This document shows positions 10,032 to 25,148 of a DNA stretch of 25,148 nt, piece by piece. The translations under genes were made by a program, and so were the position numbers. Source of the stretch: Salpingoeca rosetta. Lineage: Eukaryota; Protista; Choanoflagellata. Position 1 is the first letter of the stretch. Each line of letters begins with the position of its first letter. Location: the NCBI GenBank assembly GCA_033442325.1, contig JAWQFM010000010.1:788297-813444 (forward strand), given 5' to 3'. The notes beneath the pieces are model-generated. The model was given only the letters and a program-made list of their open reading frames with translations. It did not search any database and had not been told where the DNA came from.

Positions 10032-10195
10032 CCTGTCTCTCTGTGTGGTGTGGATGCGAGAGCGTTTGTGGATGTTTTGTTCTTCTTCTTCTGCTGCTGC
10101 TGACGGACGACCAAAAAAAAAAAACAACATCAACGGAGAGCAAGCAAGAAGCAAAGCAAGGACCCAACAGGCAAAGACAACGAACAAGGAGAGGC
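10032..10195. promoter_or_regulatory. Putative bidirectional promoter and 5' UTRs (LENG8-like / ICMT)
   Basis: Only 164 bp separate the divergent ATGs. Composition flips from T-rich to A-rich near 10105. Confidence 0.6.
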
Positions 10196-12889
<2,694 letters not shown>

Positions 12890-12978
12890 ACCACAACAGA
12901 CGATTTGCCGTCATACCCACAAGTTTTCCGAACTCGCTGGTGGTCAAGGGCAGAAACAACAGCCAAGGCCGCGAAGGA

Positions 12979-14142
<1,164 letters not shown>

Positions 14143-14146
<4 letters not shown>

Positions 14147-14904
14147 GCGGCGATGCTGTGCTTGAGCCTCATGCGCAGCAGCATGTTATCCGCAGTGATG
14201 TACAAGGCGTTGTCTGGCTCCGGGCTGAAGACTAGGTTGCCCGTCTTTCGACCAGTGAGCAGCAGGCCCTGCAAGTTGCCCTGCTGGTCGTACACGCGGA
14301 CGCCGCCGGGTCCCGTGGCCCAAAGCCGGCCCTCGCTGTCAATCTGCACGCGCGCGCATGTACGGATGAGTTGGTTGATATCGTTAGATGGTTCGTGGGT
14401 TGAGCACAGCACGCAAGGTTCAGTGTGACCGCTCTTGGGGTGGGTGGATATGACCTCGCCAGTTACACACATGTGCAAATTGAGGGTGTGCGCTATGACA
14501 TGTTTCATATATGACGTGAAATGATGATGCCGCCCCGTTCAAAATTAAAATGCAGAACCATCTCGACCGTCACAACCTCAACACCGGCCACTGTGCCTGC
14601 GCGTGTGCGTGTGTTTGTCTGACTTTGAGGCCGTCGGGCTTGCCAAAGTATTTCGCATATGCATCCTTGACTTCGGCAAATGTCTTGCACTTGGTGTGGC
14701 CGCTCGTATCAAGCTTGCATCGCTGCACGCGTGCATGTGTGTTGTGTGATGAACAAAGAGTTACAGCGGCGAGCACACGCGCGCACAAGCGGGCTGACAT
14801 TCGCAGAGAGAAGGCAGGCAGTTGCAGAGAGAAGGCAGGCAGATGCACGCACCCACCCAGACACAGACACAGACACACACACAGACACAGACACACACAC
14901 ACAC

Positions 14905-14959
<55 letters not shown>

Positions 14960-15952
14960 TAAAATGCGCACTCTACACACCGCCCAGAAGCCGCGGGGGC
15001 TGGCTTCGCAGTTGCTGATGACAAAGGCGTTTGTGCCGTTTGCGGCGATGCCGTTGGGGCGAGCCATCTTGGACAACATTCGCAGGCGCTTTGGCTCCTG
15101 CGGCGAACCCGAGGCAATGGCAGCCTGGGAACACACACAAACAGACAGACAAACGAACGAACAAACAAACAAACAAACAAACAAACACACATGGTGAGAA
15201 GGGTATGGGATCAATATGAATCAAGTGGGCAAATCAACGTCCCCCCTCCCCCAAACACGAGGAAGAAGAAGAAGATCAAGTGTGGCTGTACCTGCATTTG
15301 CTTGAGAGTGAGGAGGAAGACGCCATTGTAGTTGAGGTCGCGATGAGCGCTCGCCTCAAAGTTGTCTGTCTCATTCTTGAAGTTGAGTCCTATGTGACGC
15401 GCGTTTGAAATGGAATTTGCATGCGACGGTGTGAGCAGGGCAGTGGATCAGCGTGCAGGGCCACAATGACGAGATGAGGGCGCACATTAATGGAGAGGCA
15501 GACACATACATGCACACGCACACGCACACACACACACACACACATACACATACACACCGCGCAAATAAGCAAACGACCAACATGCAATGGTACCGTAAGG
15601 GGGGTCGGTGAAGATAACATCGCCGTTTGGCATGATGGTGACATCATTCGGGCTGTTGAACCGGTGGCCCTCAAAGGAGGATGCCAGAACAACGTGCTTG
15701 TCGTCTGCAAGCGTAATTCCCAGCACGCGTCGGCCATGTTCGCATCGGATCAGCCCTTCCAGCTTCTCGTGGTACACCAATCCATTCGTGCCAGGCTCAA
15801 CCATCTATGTAAGTGTGCATGCGTGTCATGTGCATGTGCGTGTGTGCATGCGAGTGTGCGATAAGCGTGTGCGTGCGCGAGCGCGCGTGTGTGTGTGTCC
15901 GTGGTTGGAGGTGTACGATACAACAAACAAACAAACAAACAAACAAACAAAC

Positions 15953-15983
<31 letters not shown>

Positions 15984-16551
15984 TTAAACAACAACAACAA
16001 CAACAACAACAACTTAAACAACAACAACAACTTAAACAACAACAACAACAACAACTTAAACAAACAACAACAACAACAACAACAACAACTTAGACAACAA
16101 CAACAACAGCAACAACAACAACTTAAACAACAACAACAACAACTTCAACAACTTAAACAACAACAACAACTTAAACAACTTAAACAACAACAAACAACAC
16201 CTGCTTGCAGTCATCGCCGTCACATCCGGCGTGTGTATCGACGTGAAAGACGCCAGCATCCCGGTCTCGGCCACCGTGTTCTGTGTAGATGTAAATGGCA
16301 TTCTCGCGCACGGCCGAAAACACGACGCCGGGCTCCAGGTTGAGGGCGTTGTTGTGTGGCAGCCAGGCGGGTCCCTCAGCCCAATCGAAGCCTTCCGCCA
16401 GCACCTCCATGCCATAGTGGGAATTCACAAACATGGCATCAAACCCGGGCTCCAACGAGATGACAGTGCCGAGGTGCGTGCGAGGCAGTATGAACGACAG
16501 CAGCGCCGTCACTGCAGCCACTGTCACCGGCAACACAATCGCAGCAGGCAT
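14143..16551 (-). CDS. SMP-30/gluconolactonase/LRE family beta-propeller lactonase, 6 exons, ~367 aa
   Basis: Exons 16551-16201, 15804-15594, 15389-15292, 15124-14981, 14722-14624, 14343-14143 splice in frame. Motifs: LAEGFDWAEGPAW, EPGTNGL, CEHGRR, FEGHRFNSPND, FTDPPYGL, PNGIA, PDGLKIDSEGRLWATGPGGV, LYITA. The N-terminus is hydrophobic. The start codon could lie further upstream. Confidence 0.92.
15920..16199. repeat. (CAAA)n/(CAA)n repeat punctuated by CTTAAA, lactonase intron 1
   Basis: Seen directly. Confidence 0.95.
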
Positions 16552-16696
16552 CCCCGTCCTCTTCTCGTCTTGCTTTGCTTGCTCTTGTCTTGAAGAAGAA
16601 CAAAAAAAATGACAACACCAAAATCGACTGAGTTCAGTATGGTACCTGAATTCAGTTCCAGCCGTTATACACCAACCAACAAGAAGCAAGCAAGCC
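16552..16696. promoter_or_regulatory. Putative bidirectional promoter (lactonase / CENP-Q-like)
   Basis: 145 bp between the divergent predicted ATGs. Contains a dyad at 16627-16656. Confidence 0.55.
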
Positions 16697-18572
<1,876 letters not shown>

Positions 18573-18919
18573 TGATGATGATGATGATGACGATGATGAC
18601 GACGACGACTCTGTTCCAAGCGCTTATCTCTCCCGTGCGTGTATTCAGCGCCTTGTGTATATGTATGTACACACGTTGTTGCGCGTGGTTTCCTTGTTAT
18701 GCACACATCACTCGGTCTTCATTGTTGTTGTGTCTTTGGTGGTGTCTTGCTGCACGAAGGTGTAATGCGAGCGCATCTGTGCATTTCACGTTTGTTCGCC
18801 TTCGCAAAGCAAACGTCCTTGTACAAAATGTATTCCAAGTGCATGGTTGCTTTCGTTGTTACATTGCCCAATTGCGTTACCATGCATGCAACAGTACACA
18901 AGTCGATTGCTTTCACAGG

Positions 18920-18925
18920 TTTATT
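18920..18925 (-). terminator. Possible poly(A) signal (AATAAA) for the giant repeat gene
   Basis: TTTATT on the + strand, ~535 nt past the stop, between two convergent genes. Confidence 0.3.
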
Positions 18926-19459
18926 GTACTTTCGTTCTTTCACAACACAAACACACACACACACACACACACAGGCAAGCAGGTGAGCAGACAGTAAAAG
19001 CAGCCGCAAACAGGCAAACAACCACACACACACACACACACTGTTGCCTACTCATGCCCCAAGGACACAGCAACAGCGCGCGTGAGGTCAGAAGGTCAAA
19101 ATGAAAGGAAACGTATTCATCAAGCAGGGGCAATAGCATATCGTGCATACACATGCAAGCGCAGGTGTAACTTCACACCATGTCACCCAGCACCATGCAA
19201 GCATGCACAGTCTATATCCACCCACACACAGTATTGCACACTCGACAAAGGGGACACTTTGCTTCACACCGGTCGGTGGCGCATTAACACAACAGCAACC
19301 GCCATTTGGAGCACCGCTGTTCGCACAACACCCAAAGAAAATCATACACACACACACACACGCACACACACACCACAACATAACACAGTCCAAACCATGA
19401 CGAAAACTTATCACCACGAGCACCATTACAACAACATCAGACAACAACAACATCAGACA

Positions 19460-22400
19460 TCATGAGCAGGCAATGATCTGGTTTCCGGCCAAGTCGCGAA
19501 CCAGCCATTCCGTGTGCACAAGGTAGCAATCGTTCTGGGACGTGCACACATCCAGTCGCTTCAGCTCATTCAAGTCGTTTGTGGTCAGGCGCATCCTCAG
19601 GACAGTGGAAGAAGGCAGCGCAAAACCAGTGCGGTCAACCGTCTCAATCCACGCGTCTCCGCCCAAGGTTTCTCCACCGCGCAAAGTAAACGTCGCCCCT
19701 GCATCCTCCACTGCGCTCTGTAGTGTCATCTCCACGGGCTCCAGGGACGATCCATCAACTGGCTCGTCAAACGAGAGCGTCACAATACCGCCGGCGTCAA
19801 CGTCAATCGTAAACTCAAGCAGCACGGGTGCAACTGTGTCTGTTCGGAAAGCATCTGCTGGCCGCGTGTCATACGTCGCCGCCCCGTTGCCAGCAACGTC
19901 CTGCACAAAGCCAGCTGCTGCAGTGAGCAGCGCCGTCGTGTTTGCAGCAAACGCCGGACTCGTCAGCAGCTTCAGCTCATTTGCATCTGCGTTCAGAATC
20001 ACCAGCGCCAAGGACTTCGTCAGCTCACCTCCCCTCAACTCGACCTCAAAGACAGCGTCGAGACGTACGCCGTCAAGACTGGTGTTGACGGGACCCAGGC
20101 GCAACCCAGCGCTAACAAGCGTGCTGGCGTTCACCACCTCGTCAAATACCAGCTGCAGACTTGCCGCACCAACCACGGCGCCGGTCTCCGGGCTCACGTA
20201 CGTGCGATCCAGTGCCAGTGAATGGGACACAATCTGAGGAGCAATGGTGTCCCTCGCGAACAATGCTGCAGGGCCAACCACGCTCCCCACCGTCGTGGGG
20301 TTTCCGACCGAATCCACAACCGCACTGGCAAGCGCAGTCACCCACGTGGTCGAGGCGCTGCTGGCAATTGGGTGAGCGTACATGAGCGCGTCCACCGTCT
20401 CCTGGCTCAGCTGCACCAAGACTTCGGTGGTGAAGGAGCCAACCACACTGGAAGCGTTGAGCGCGACACACGCGCTCGCTGGTGATGCAGTGCCCGTGCA
20501 GTTATCACCGTGTGTGTTTGCATGCACATACACCTGCCCAAGATCGACCGCCTCCGCCTCAATAGACTCGTCAAATGTCATCACGAGTTGGCGGGTCGTC
20601 AGGTCGATGCTGAACGCTTGAAGCACAGGAGGCGTTGTGTCACCCACAAAGCTCCTTGGTTCCACATACGCGGCTGCAACCACGGCAAGTCCGGCTTGGT
20701 CAGCAATGAATGCGGGGCCAAGGCTGAGCACAACTGTCGATGCGTTCGTGGCGATGCGCGCTTCCTTCATCGCATTCATCACCGCCGTGGGCAGCCTCAG
20801 AGTGACATTGGTCGAGTCCACCGTGCTCAGAACCACGGCTCCAGTGAGCTCGACGCTGGCGCTCGTTGCCGCTCCATTCTCGCGGGCAACCATCGCCTCC
20901 ACCACACTCACACTTGTCACGTTCATAATCTCGCTAAAGGACAGGTGCACAACACCAGTGTCAAATTGCAGGGCCCAAGACACCAGCTCAGGCGCCTGCC
21001 TGTCCGCGACAAAGTTGGTTGCTTGCAGCGCACTCGTCGAGGCGCGAGAGAGACCGCCATTGCCACTCAGGTCCCGGAACACGGAAGCGCCATGGGAAAT
21101 CCATGCCGTGGCGAGTGAGACATACAGCGCCTCCTCCCGCTGCAGTGCAAACTGCACATCCTGCGTGAAGTTCAAGCGCACGACGCGGCGACGCAAGGGG
21201 CCGCTGCCCACCACAAGCTGGGCCGCCAACACAACGTCGAGGCGGGCCGCACCAGCGCTCGGTGCACTTACCAGGGTGAGGGCAAAAGCGCTACCATCAG
21301 GTACCGACACGGGCTCGTCGAACGTCAGCATCAAGCCCGTGTTGAAGTCAACGTCAAAGGCGACCAGCTCGGGCTCAACGGTGTCTGACACGCGTACCTG
21401 CAGCGAAAGTGGGGTGGCTGAGGCCGCGTTGCCATTTGGCTGCAATGCCAGATCCTCAATTGCACCTTGAGCAAGCCGCACGCGCGTGGTGTTGGCTTGC
21501 GTGGAAAGGAGGTCCAGCTTCAGCGCGTTCAGCGTGGTTTGAGACAGCACAACACCGGCCGAGTGCAGCGGAAGTGCCCATCCATCCGCAGCGTCAACAA
21601 GGCGACCGCCGTCCAGGCCAATGGGACTGCTGGCCCAGCTTGCCCCAAGAATCAGCTCGACGTCTGCAATCTGCAGTGTGCTGGCGTTCACAGGTTCATC
21701 GAACACAGCAACCAACACCCCTGCGCTCAAGTCAATCCAGAACTCAACCACAGTGGGCGCGACAACGTCAGGTGTGACAGCCAGTGCCACGGTCTGCGAC
21801 TGGATGGGCACGCCAGATGCATCGGCAACAGCGCTGAACGCCACGGCTAGCGTGTGCCACGCTGCGTGCTCAAACAACATGGCCCGAAGAGCGTTCAGTT
21901 CTGTCACTGGCAGGACCAGCGAGGCAGCGAGGCTGAAGTTGGATGAGCCGGTTTGTACCGTGGCGTTCTCTAGTGAATGCAGAATACCATCACTCGACGC
22001 CATCGTCAGCAGACCAACGGCCAACGAAGGCAAGTACACGGGTTCGGAGAAGCGAAGAGACACACCACCCGTTGACATATTGATGGATGCATCCACCAGC
22101 ACTGGGGCAACCGCATCGGCGATGATGCTCAGGTTGGCAACAGCAGCTTCGTTGGTGTTCCCAAAGCTGTCGTCGACAAATGGCGTAGCCACAAGCACGC
22201 AGTCCGCCACCCCAGCCGTCGTTGTCCCGCAAAGGCCAGGATACAGACCGAGCGTGTCAAACACGTTCTTGCTCAAAGCAACAACCGCAGTGTTGTCCCT
22301 GCTGGTATCTGGCACAACAGCGCAGGAGGCCAGGTTCACTTGGGGCAGGGCAGGCTCTGGGCGTCTGGAGCTCAAGACCAGCGCGGTCGTGTTCAAGGTG

Positions 22401-25148
22401 TCATCCACAACAACATCGTCAAAGGTCAATGACAAAACCCTGGCTGTCATGTTCAACGTTGCACTGATGAGGCGGGGTGGGGTCACATCCACGTCCACAG
22501 TCACCGCCAACGACGCAGGCTGGATGGAGTTGGCCCCGGCGGCGTCAACGACAGCACCAGACCGAACTACAACACTCAGCGACGTCCCAGGGGCAAGAAC
22601 ACCGTCACTCTTCAAGGCAAGGCGGTCATTAAAGGTAAGCTGAAGCGTAATTGCACGTTGGAGGGACGCGTTGACAACAGCACCGTGCCCATCGAGTGGA
22701 ATGGAAGGACTCGTCGCATCGCCACTGCGGGTAAGTTCAAAACCGGTCACGTTCAGCGTGTGCCCGTCAACAACCTCGTTGAAGGAGAGAGTAAGCGTCT
22801 CTTCCGGGTTTGCATCAAGAAGCGCAGACAGCAGCACTGGTGGTGTAACGTCTGGAACGAATAAATCGACAGACAGCGAAGCTGGAAAAAGAGCGTTCGA
22901 ATTGGCATCACGAACAGTTGATGGCAGCGTCACCAGCACCAGTGGCATGTTGCCAGAGTAAAGCAGACGAGCAAGGTCGTCGCGCTCATCGCTGGAGAAG
23001 GTGTACGTTATCGAAGGGGTAAGAGCAAACGACGAAGGGTTGCGCACACCGTGGTTGTTAAACGACGCGTTACGCACACCGTTTTGAAGCAAGAACGATG
23101 TCGCATCAAAGGTCGATGCATTCACGGGCTCTGAGAAGGAGAGGGAGATGAGGCCTGCGCCGTCCATGCTCACGTTGAAGCTGACAAGCTCCGGCCGCAC
23201 AAAGTCGCCGTAGAACGCACCCGCACCGCTATCAGCAGCAACCGCGCGCCCAAGCGGCACCCCAGCTATCCCGTTCCCAAACATGTCCCGCACGCTTCCA
23301 CCATCAACACCCACGCGCGTCGTCGCCGCACTCACACACAGCGCAGCGTCAACCTTCACCGCCTCAAGGTCGCCGTGCCCAAGCTCAACAACAACGCTCG
23401 TCGACGCGTCGCCAGCAACGCCAACAACGCGCGTCCCCGCACGCCCAAGCCGCACAGCGTGCGCACTCGTCCCGTCGCCAGTCAGCACAAGCCCGCTCAC
23501 ATTCACGCTGCTCACCCGAACCGTCTCGCTGAAGCCAAGCCAGAGCTCCTCGCTCGTCAGGTTCAGCCGCACCGCCGTCAGCTCCGGGCGCACAACGTCA
23601 CCCGCATAGGCGCCCACGCCAAGCCCCGCTCCCACGCCAACAGCGCGCACAGCGTTGCCCACAGCTGCCATGTCAACCACAGCCCCGCGCCCAACAGCAA
23701 CATACGACGTGGCTGCGCTCGACACAAGCGGGTACAGCGCCTTGACCCTGTCCAGCTCCTCGCGCCCAAGCGCAATCACAACCACCGTGCTGTCGCCGGC
23801 ACTGACAACGGTGCTCTCGCCCTCGCGCAGGCGGTACGCAATGGCGTCTGCCGCTGTTCCGTCTGCCTTGCTCTGCAGCACCACGTGGCTCACGTTCACG
23901 CTGCTCACCAGGACCGTCTCGTCGAAGCTCAGGGTGAGGGTGCCTGCGGTCATGTTGAGGGCGGCGCTGCGCACCTGTGGCGCCACGCTGTCTGCAACAA
24001 ACGCATCCACCTGTCGAGCCGTCAGCCCGCTCACAAGCGGCACAACGGCCTGCTCATTCATGTCCCATGCCGCCGCTGCGCTCAGCACCACAAACGTTGT
24101 GCTGGCACTGCGCCCAACACCAACCCGCTTCAGCTCGTTTGCGTCGGCCTCCGCAACCTGCACCACCATCTCCGTGCCCGGATCGGCTGTCACAAGCTGC
24201 GACCCGCGCAGCGCAACAGAGGCCCCGTTTCCGTCAAACGCGCTCTGCAGGAAAATTGCGCTCACGTTCACGCTTTCCGGCGCAATGGGCTCGCTAAACA
24301 CAAGCGCAAGCTCGAGCGACGACATGTTCACACGCGCCTGCACGACCCGCGGCGCCGTTACATCGTCAACAAACTGCTCCGCCCGCAGCACGCCAGACAC
24401 GGCGTTGTCGTTGCCAGCAGCATCTTGCACTGCTCCAGCCACAAGCTGCACGAAAGTGGTGTTGACGGCTGTGGCGAGCACTCGATCAGCCTTGATGGCG
24501 TGCGCCAGGCTCACCTCAAGCCCAACAACCACCCGCTTGCTCGTGCCGTTGCTCACGACGGTCGTCTCGGCAAGCAGCTTCTCGCTCACGCCAGCGCCGC
24601 CAAGCACGCCCGCGCTTGCAAGTACGCCGCGACTGCCATTCCACGTGCCCGACCGCACAGGCTCGTCAAACACCAGATACACCTCTGCGTCATCAAGGTC
24701 AAGGCCAAACCGCATCAGCCGTGGCGCAGTCACATCTGCGCGCACCTCTGCTGCCGCTTGCCGCGTCTCACTGACCCCGTTGCCAAACGTGTCGAGCACA
24801 GCCCCACTTGCGAGCCCAATAAACGTGTTGCTGGTGCTGGTCGCCACATCGTCAGATGCCTTGAGCGCATCCACTGTCGCCTTGTCCACAGAAATAACCA
24901 CCATCTGCGTTGGCAGGGCGCTCTGAACCACCGTGCTCGCAGCGAGCTCGCCCACAGCAACACCGGCGCCAGGCACCACAGGCCCGACCGCTGCTGCAGA
25001 GGTGCTGCTCACACGCACCCGATCCAGTCGCACACTACCCGTCAGCACAGGCTCATCAAACTCGAGGGTCACCGTGGACGTGTTCATATCCAGCGTGAAT
25101 CGCTCCTGGGATGGCGCAGCGCTATCTGCCGTAAACACAGCACACCCA
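19460..25148 (-). CDS. Giant protein of tandem bacterial-Ig-like repeats (3' part; 5' end outside the window)
   Basis: The frame is open from the window edge to TGA at 19462-19460 (more than 1890 aa) with no introns or microsatellites. It has 15 units of ~125 aa, each starting D-x-x-x-P-x-(L/V)...(L/M)-x-F-(D/S)-E-(P/T)-V and ending near D-x-x-G-N, plus many N-x-S/T sequons. Confidence 0.9.
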   Translation of the reverse strand, partial: GCAVFTADSAAPSQERFTLDMNTSTVTLEFDEPVLTGSVRLDRVRVSSTSAAAVGPVVPGAGVAVGELAASTVVQSALPTQMVVISVDKATVDALKASDDVATSTSNTFIGLASGAVLDTFGNGVSETRQAAAEVRADVTAPRLMRFGLDLDDAEVYLVFDEPVRSGTWNGSRGVLASAGVLGGAGVSEKLLAETTVVSNGTSKRVVVGLEVSLAHAIKADRVLATAVNTTFVQLVAGAVQDAAGNDNAVSGVLRAEQFVDDVTAPRVVQARVNMSSLELALVFSEPIAPESVNVSAIFLQSAFDGNGASVALRGSQLVTADPGTEMVVQVAEADANELKRVGVGRSASTTFVVLSAAAAWDMNEQAVVPLVSGLTARQVDAFVADSVAPQVRSAALNMTAGTLTLSFDETVLVSSVNVSHVVLQSKADGTAADAIAYRLREGESTVVSAGDSTVVVIALGREELDRVKALYPLVSSAATSYVAVGRGAVVDMAAVGNAVRAVGVGAGLGVGAYAGDVVRPELTAVRLNLTSEELWLGFSETVRVSSVNVSGLVLTGDGTSAHAVRLGRAGTRVVGVAGDASTSVVVELGHGDLEAVKVDAALCVSAATTRVGVDGGSVRDMFGNGIAGVPLGRAVAADSGAGAFYGDFVRPELVSFNVSMDGAGLISLSFSEPVNASTFDATSFLLQNGVRNASFNNHGVRNPSSFALTPSITYTFSSDERDDLARLLYSGNMPLVLVTLPSTVRDANSNALFPASLSVDLFVPDVTPPVLLSALLDANPEETLTLSFNEVVDGHTLNVTGFELTRSGDATSPSIPLDGHGAVVNASLQRAITLQLTFNDRLALKSDGVLAPGTSLSVVVRSGAVVDAAGANSIQPASLAVTVDVDVTPPRLISATLNMTARVLSLTFDDVVVDDTLNTTALVLSSRRPEPALPQVNLASCAVVPDTSRDNTAVVALSKNVFDTLGLYPGLCGTTTAGVADCVLVATPFVDDSFGNTNEAAVANLSIIADAVAPVLVDASINMSTGGVSLRFSEPVYLPSLAVGLLTMASSDGILHSLENATVQTGSSNFSLAASLVLPVTELNALRAMLFEHAAWHTLAVAFSAVADASGVPIQSQTVALAVTPDVVAPTVVEFWIDLSAGVLVAVFDEPVNASTLQIADVELILGASWASSPIGLDGGRLVDAADGWALPLHSAGVVLSQTTLNALKLDLLSTQANTTRVRLAQGAIEDLALQPNGNAASATPLSLQVRVSDTVEPELVAFDVDFNTGLMLTFDEPVSVPDGSAFALTLVSAPSAGAARLDVVLAAQLVVGSGPLRRRVVRLNFTQDVQFALQREEALYVSLATAWISHGASVFRDLSGNGGLSRASTSALQATNFVADRQAPELVSWALQFDTGVVHLSFSEIMNVTSVSVVEAMVARENGAATSASVELTGAVVLSTVDSTNVTLRLPTAVMNAMKEARIATNASTVVLSLGPAFIADQAGLAVVAAAYVEPRSFVGDTTPPVLQAFSIDLTTRQLVMTFDESIEAEAVDLGQVYVHANTHGDNCTGTASPASACVALNASSVVGSFTTEVLVQLSQETVDALMYAHPIASSASTTWVTALASAVVDSVGNPTTVGSVVGPAALFARDTIAPQIVSHSLALDRTYVSPETGAVVGAASLQLVFDEVVNASTLVSAGLRLGPVNTSLDGVRLDAVFEVELRGGELTKSLALVILNADANELKLLTSPAFAANTTALLTAAAGFVQDVAGNGAATYDTRPADAFRTDTVAPVLLEFTIDVDAGGIVTLSFDEPVDGSSLEPVEMTLQSAVEDAGATFTLRGGETLGGDAWIETVDRTGFALPSSTVLRMRLTTNDLNELKRLDVCTSQNDCYLVHTEWLVRDLAGNQIIACS

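Noticed and set aside
14803-14842. 21-bp tandem duplication GCAGAGAGAAGGCAGGCAG(TT) x2
   Set aside because: Two copies in an intron with no spacer. An ordinary slippage duplication, not CRISPR-like.
19460-19474. C-terminal IACS as a CaaX prenylation motif (tempting because ICMT is nearby) or TGA as selenocysteine
   Set aside because: The Cys is second from the end, not fourth. There is no CxxU/UxxC context and I could not identify a SECIS.
19542-24926. Plus-strand ORFs of 230-420 aa opposite the giant repeat gene
   Set aside because: Ser/Thr/Ala-rich antisense shadows of a Val/Ala/Gly-rich coding strand.

Overview
Eukaryotic, intron-rich genomic DNA whose introns are full of (CA)n/(GT)n microsatellites. 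This style suggests a choanoflagellate such as Salpingoeca rosetta, but that is an inference. Contents in order: (1) a Ty1/copia LTR retrotransposon (partial 5' LTR 1-346, gag-pol 470-4693 with a 174-nt N gap, 3' LTR 4688-5234), followed directly by a fragment of a related LTR (5235-5365); (2) a 15-exon LENG8/THP3-like SAC3/GANP gene (-); (3) an 8-exon ICMT/STE14 gene (+); (4) a 4-exon RIIAD1-like gene (+); (5) a 6-exon SMP-30/gluconolactonase gene (-); (6) a 6-exon coiled-coil gene that resembles kinetochore CENP-Q (+); (7) the 3' end of a giant intronless ORF (-) made of at least 15 tandem ~125-aa bacterial-Ig-like repeats. Exon structures were assembled by hand from GT-AG sites and frame continuity. 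Homology calls rest on remembered motifs, not database searches. Most short ORFs in the supplied track are microsatellite artefacts. Main points of interest: the giant BIg-like repeat protein, a copia primer-binding site that matches an elongator (not initiator) tRNA-Met anticodon arm, a hidden CENP-Q candidate, two convergent genes whose stop codons share one CTAG, and an LTR end 4 bp past a host stop codon.
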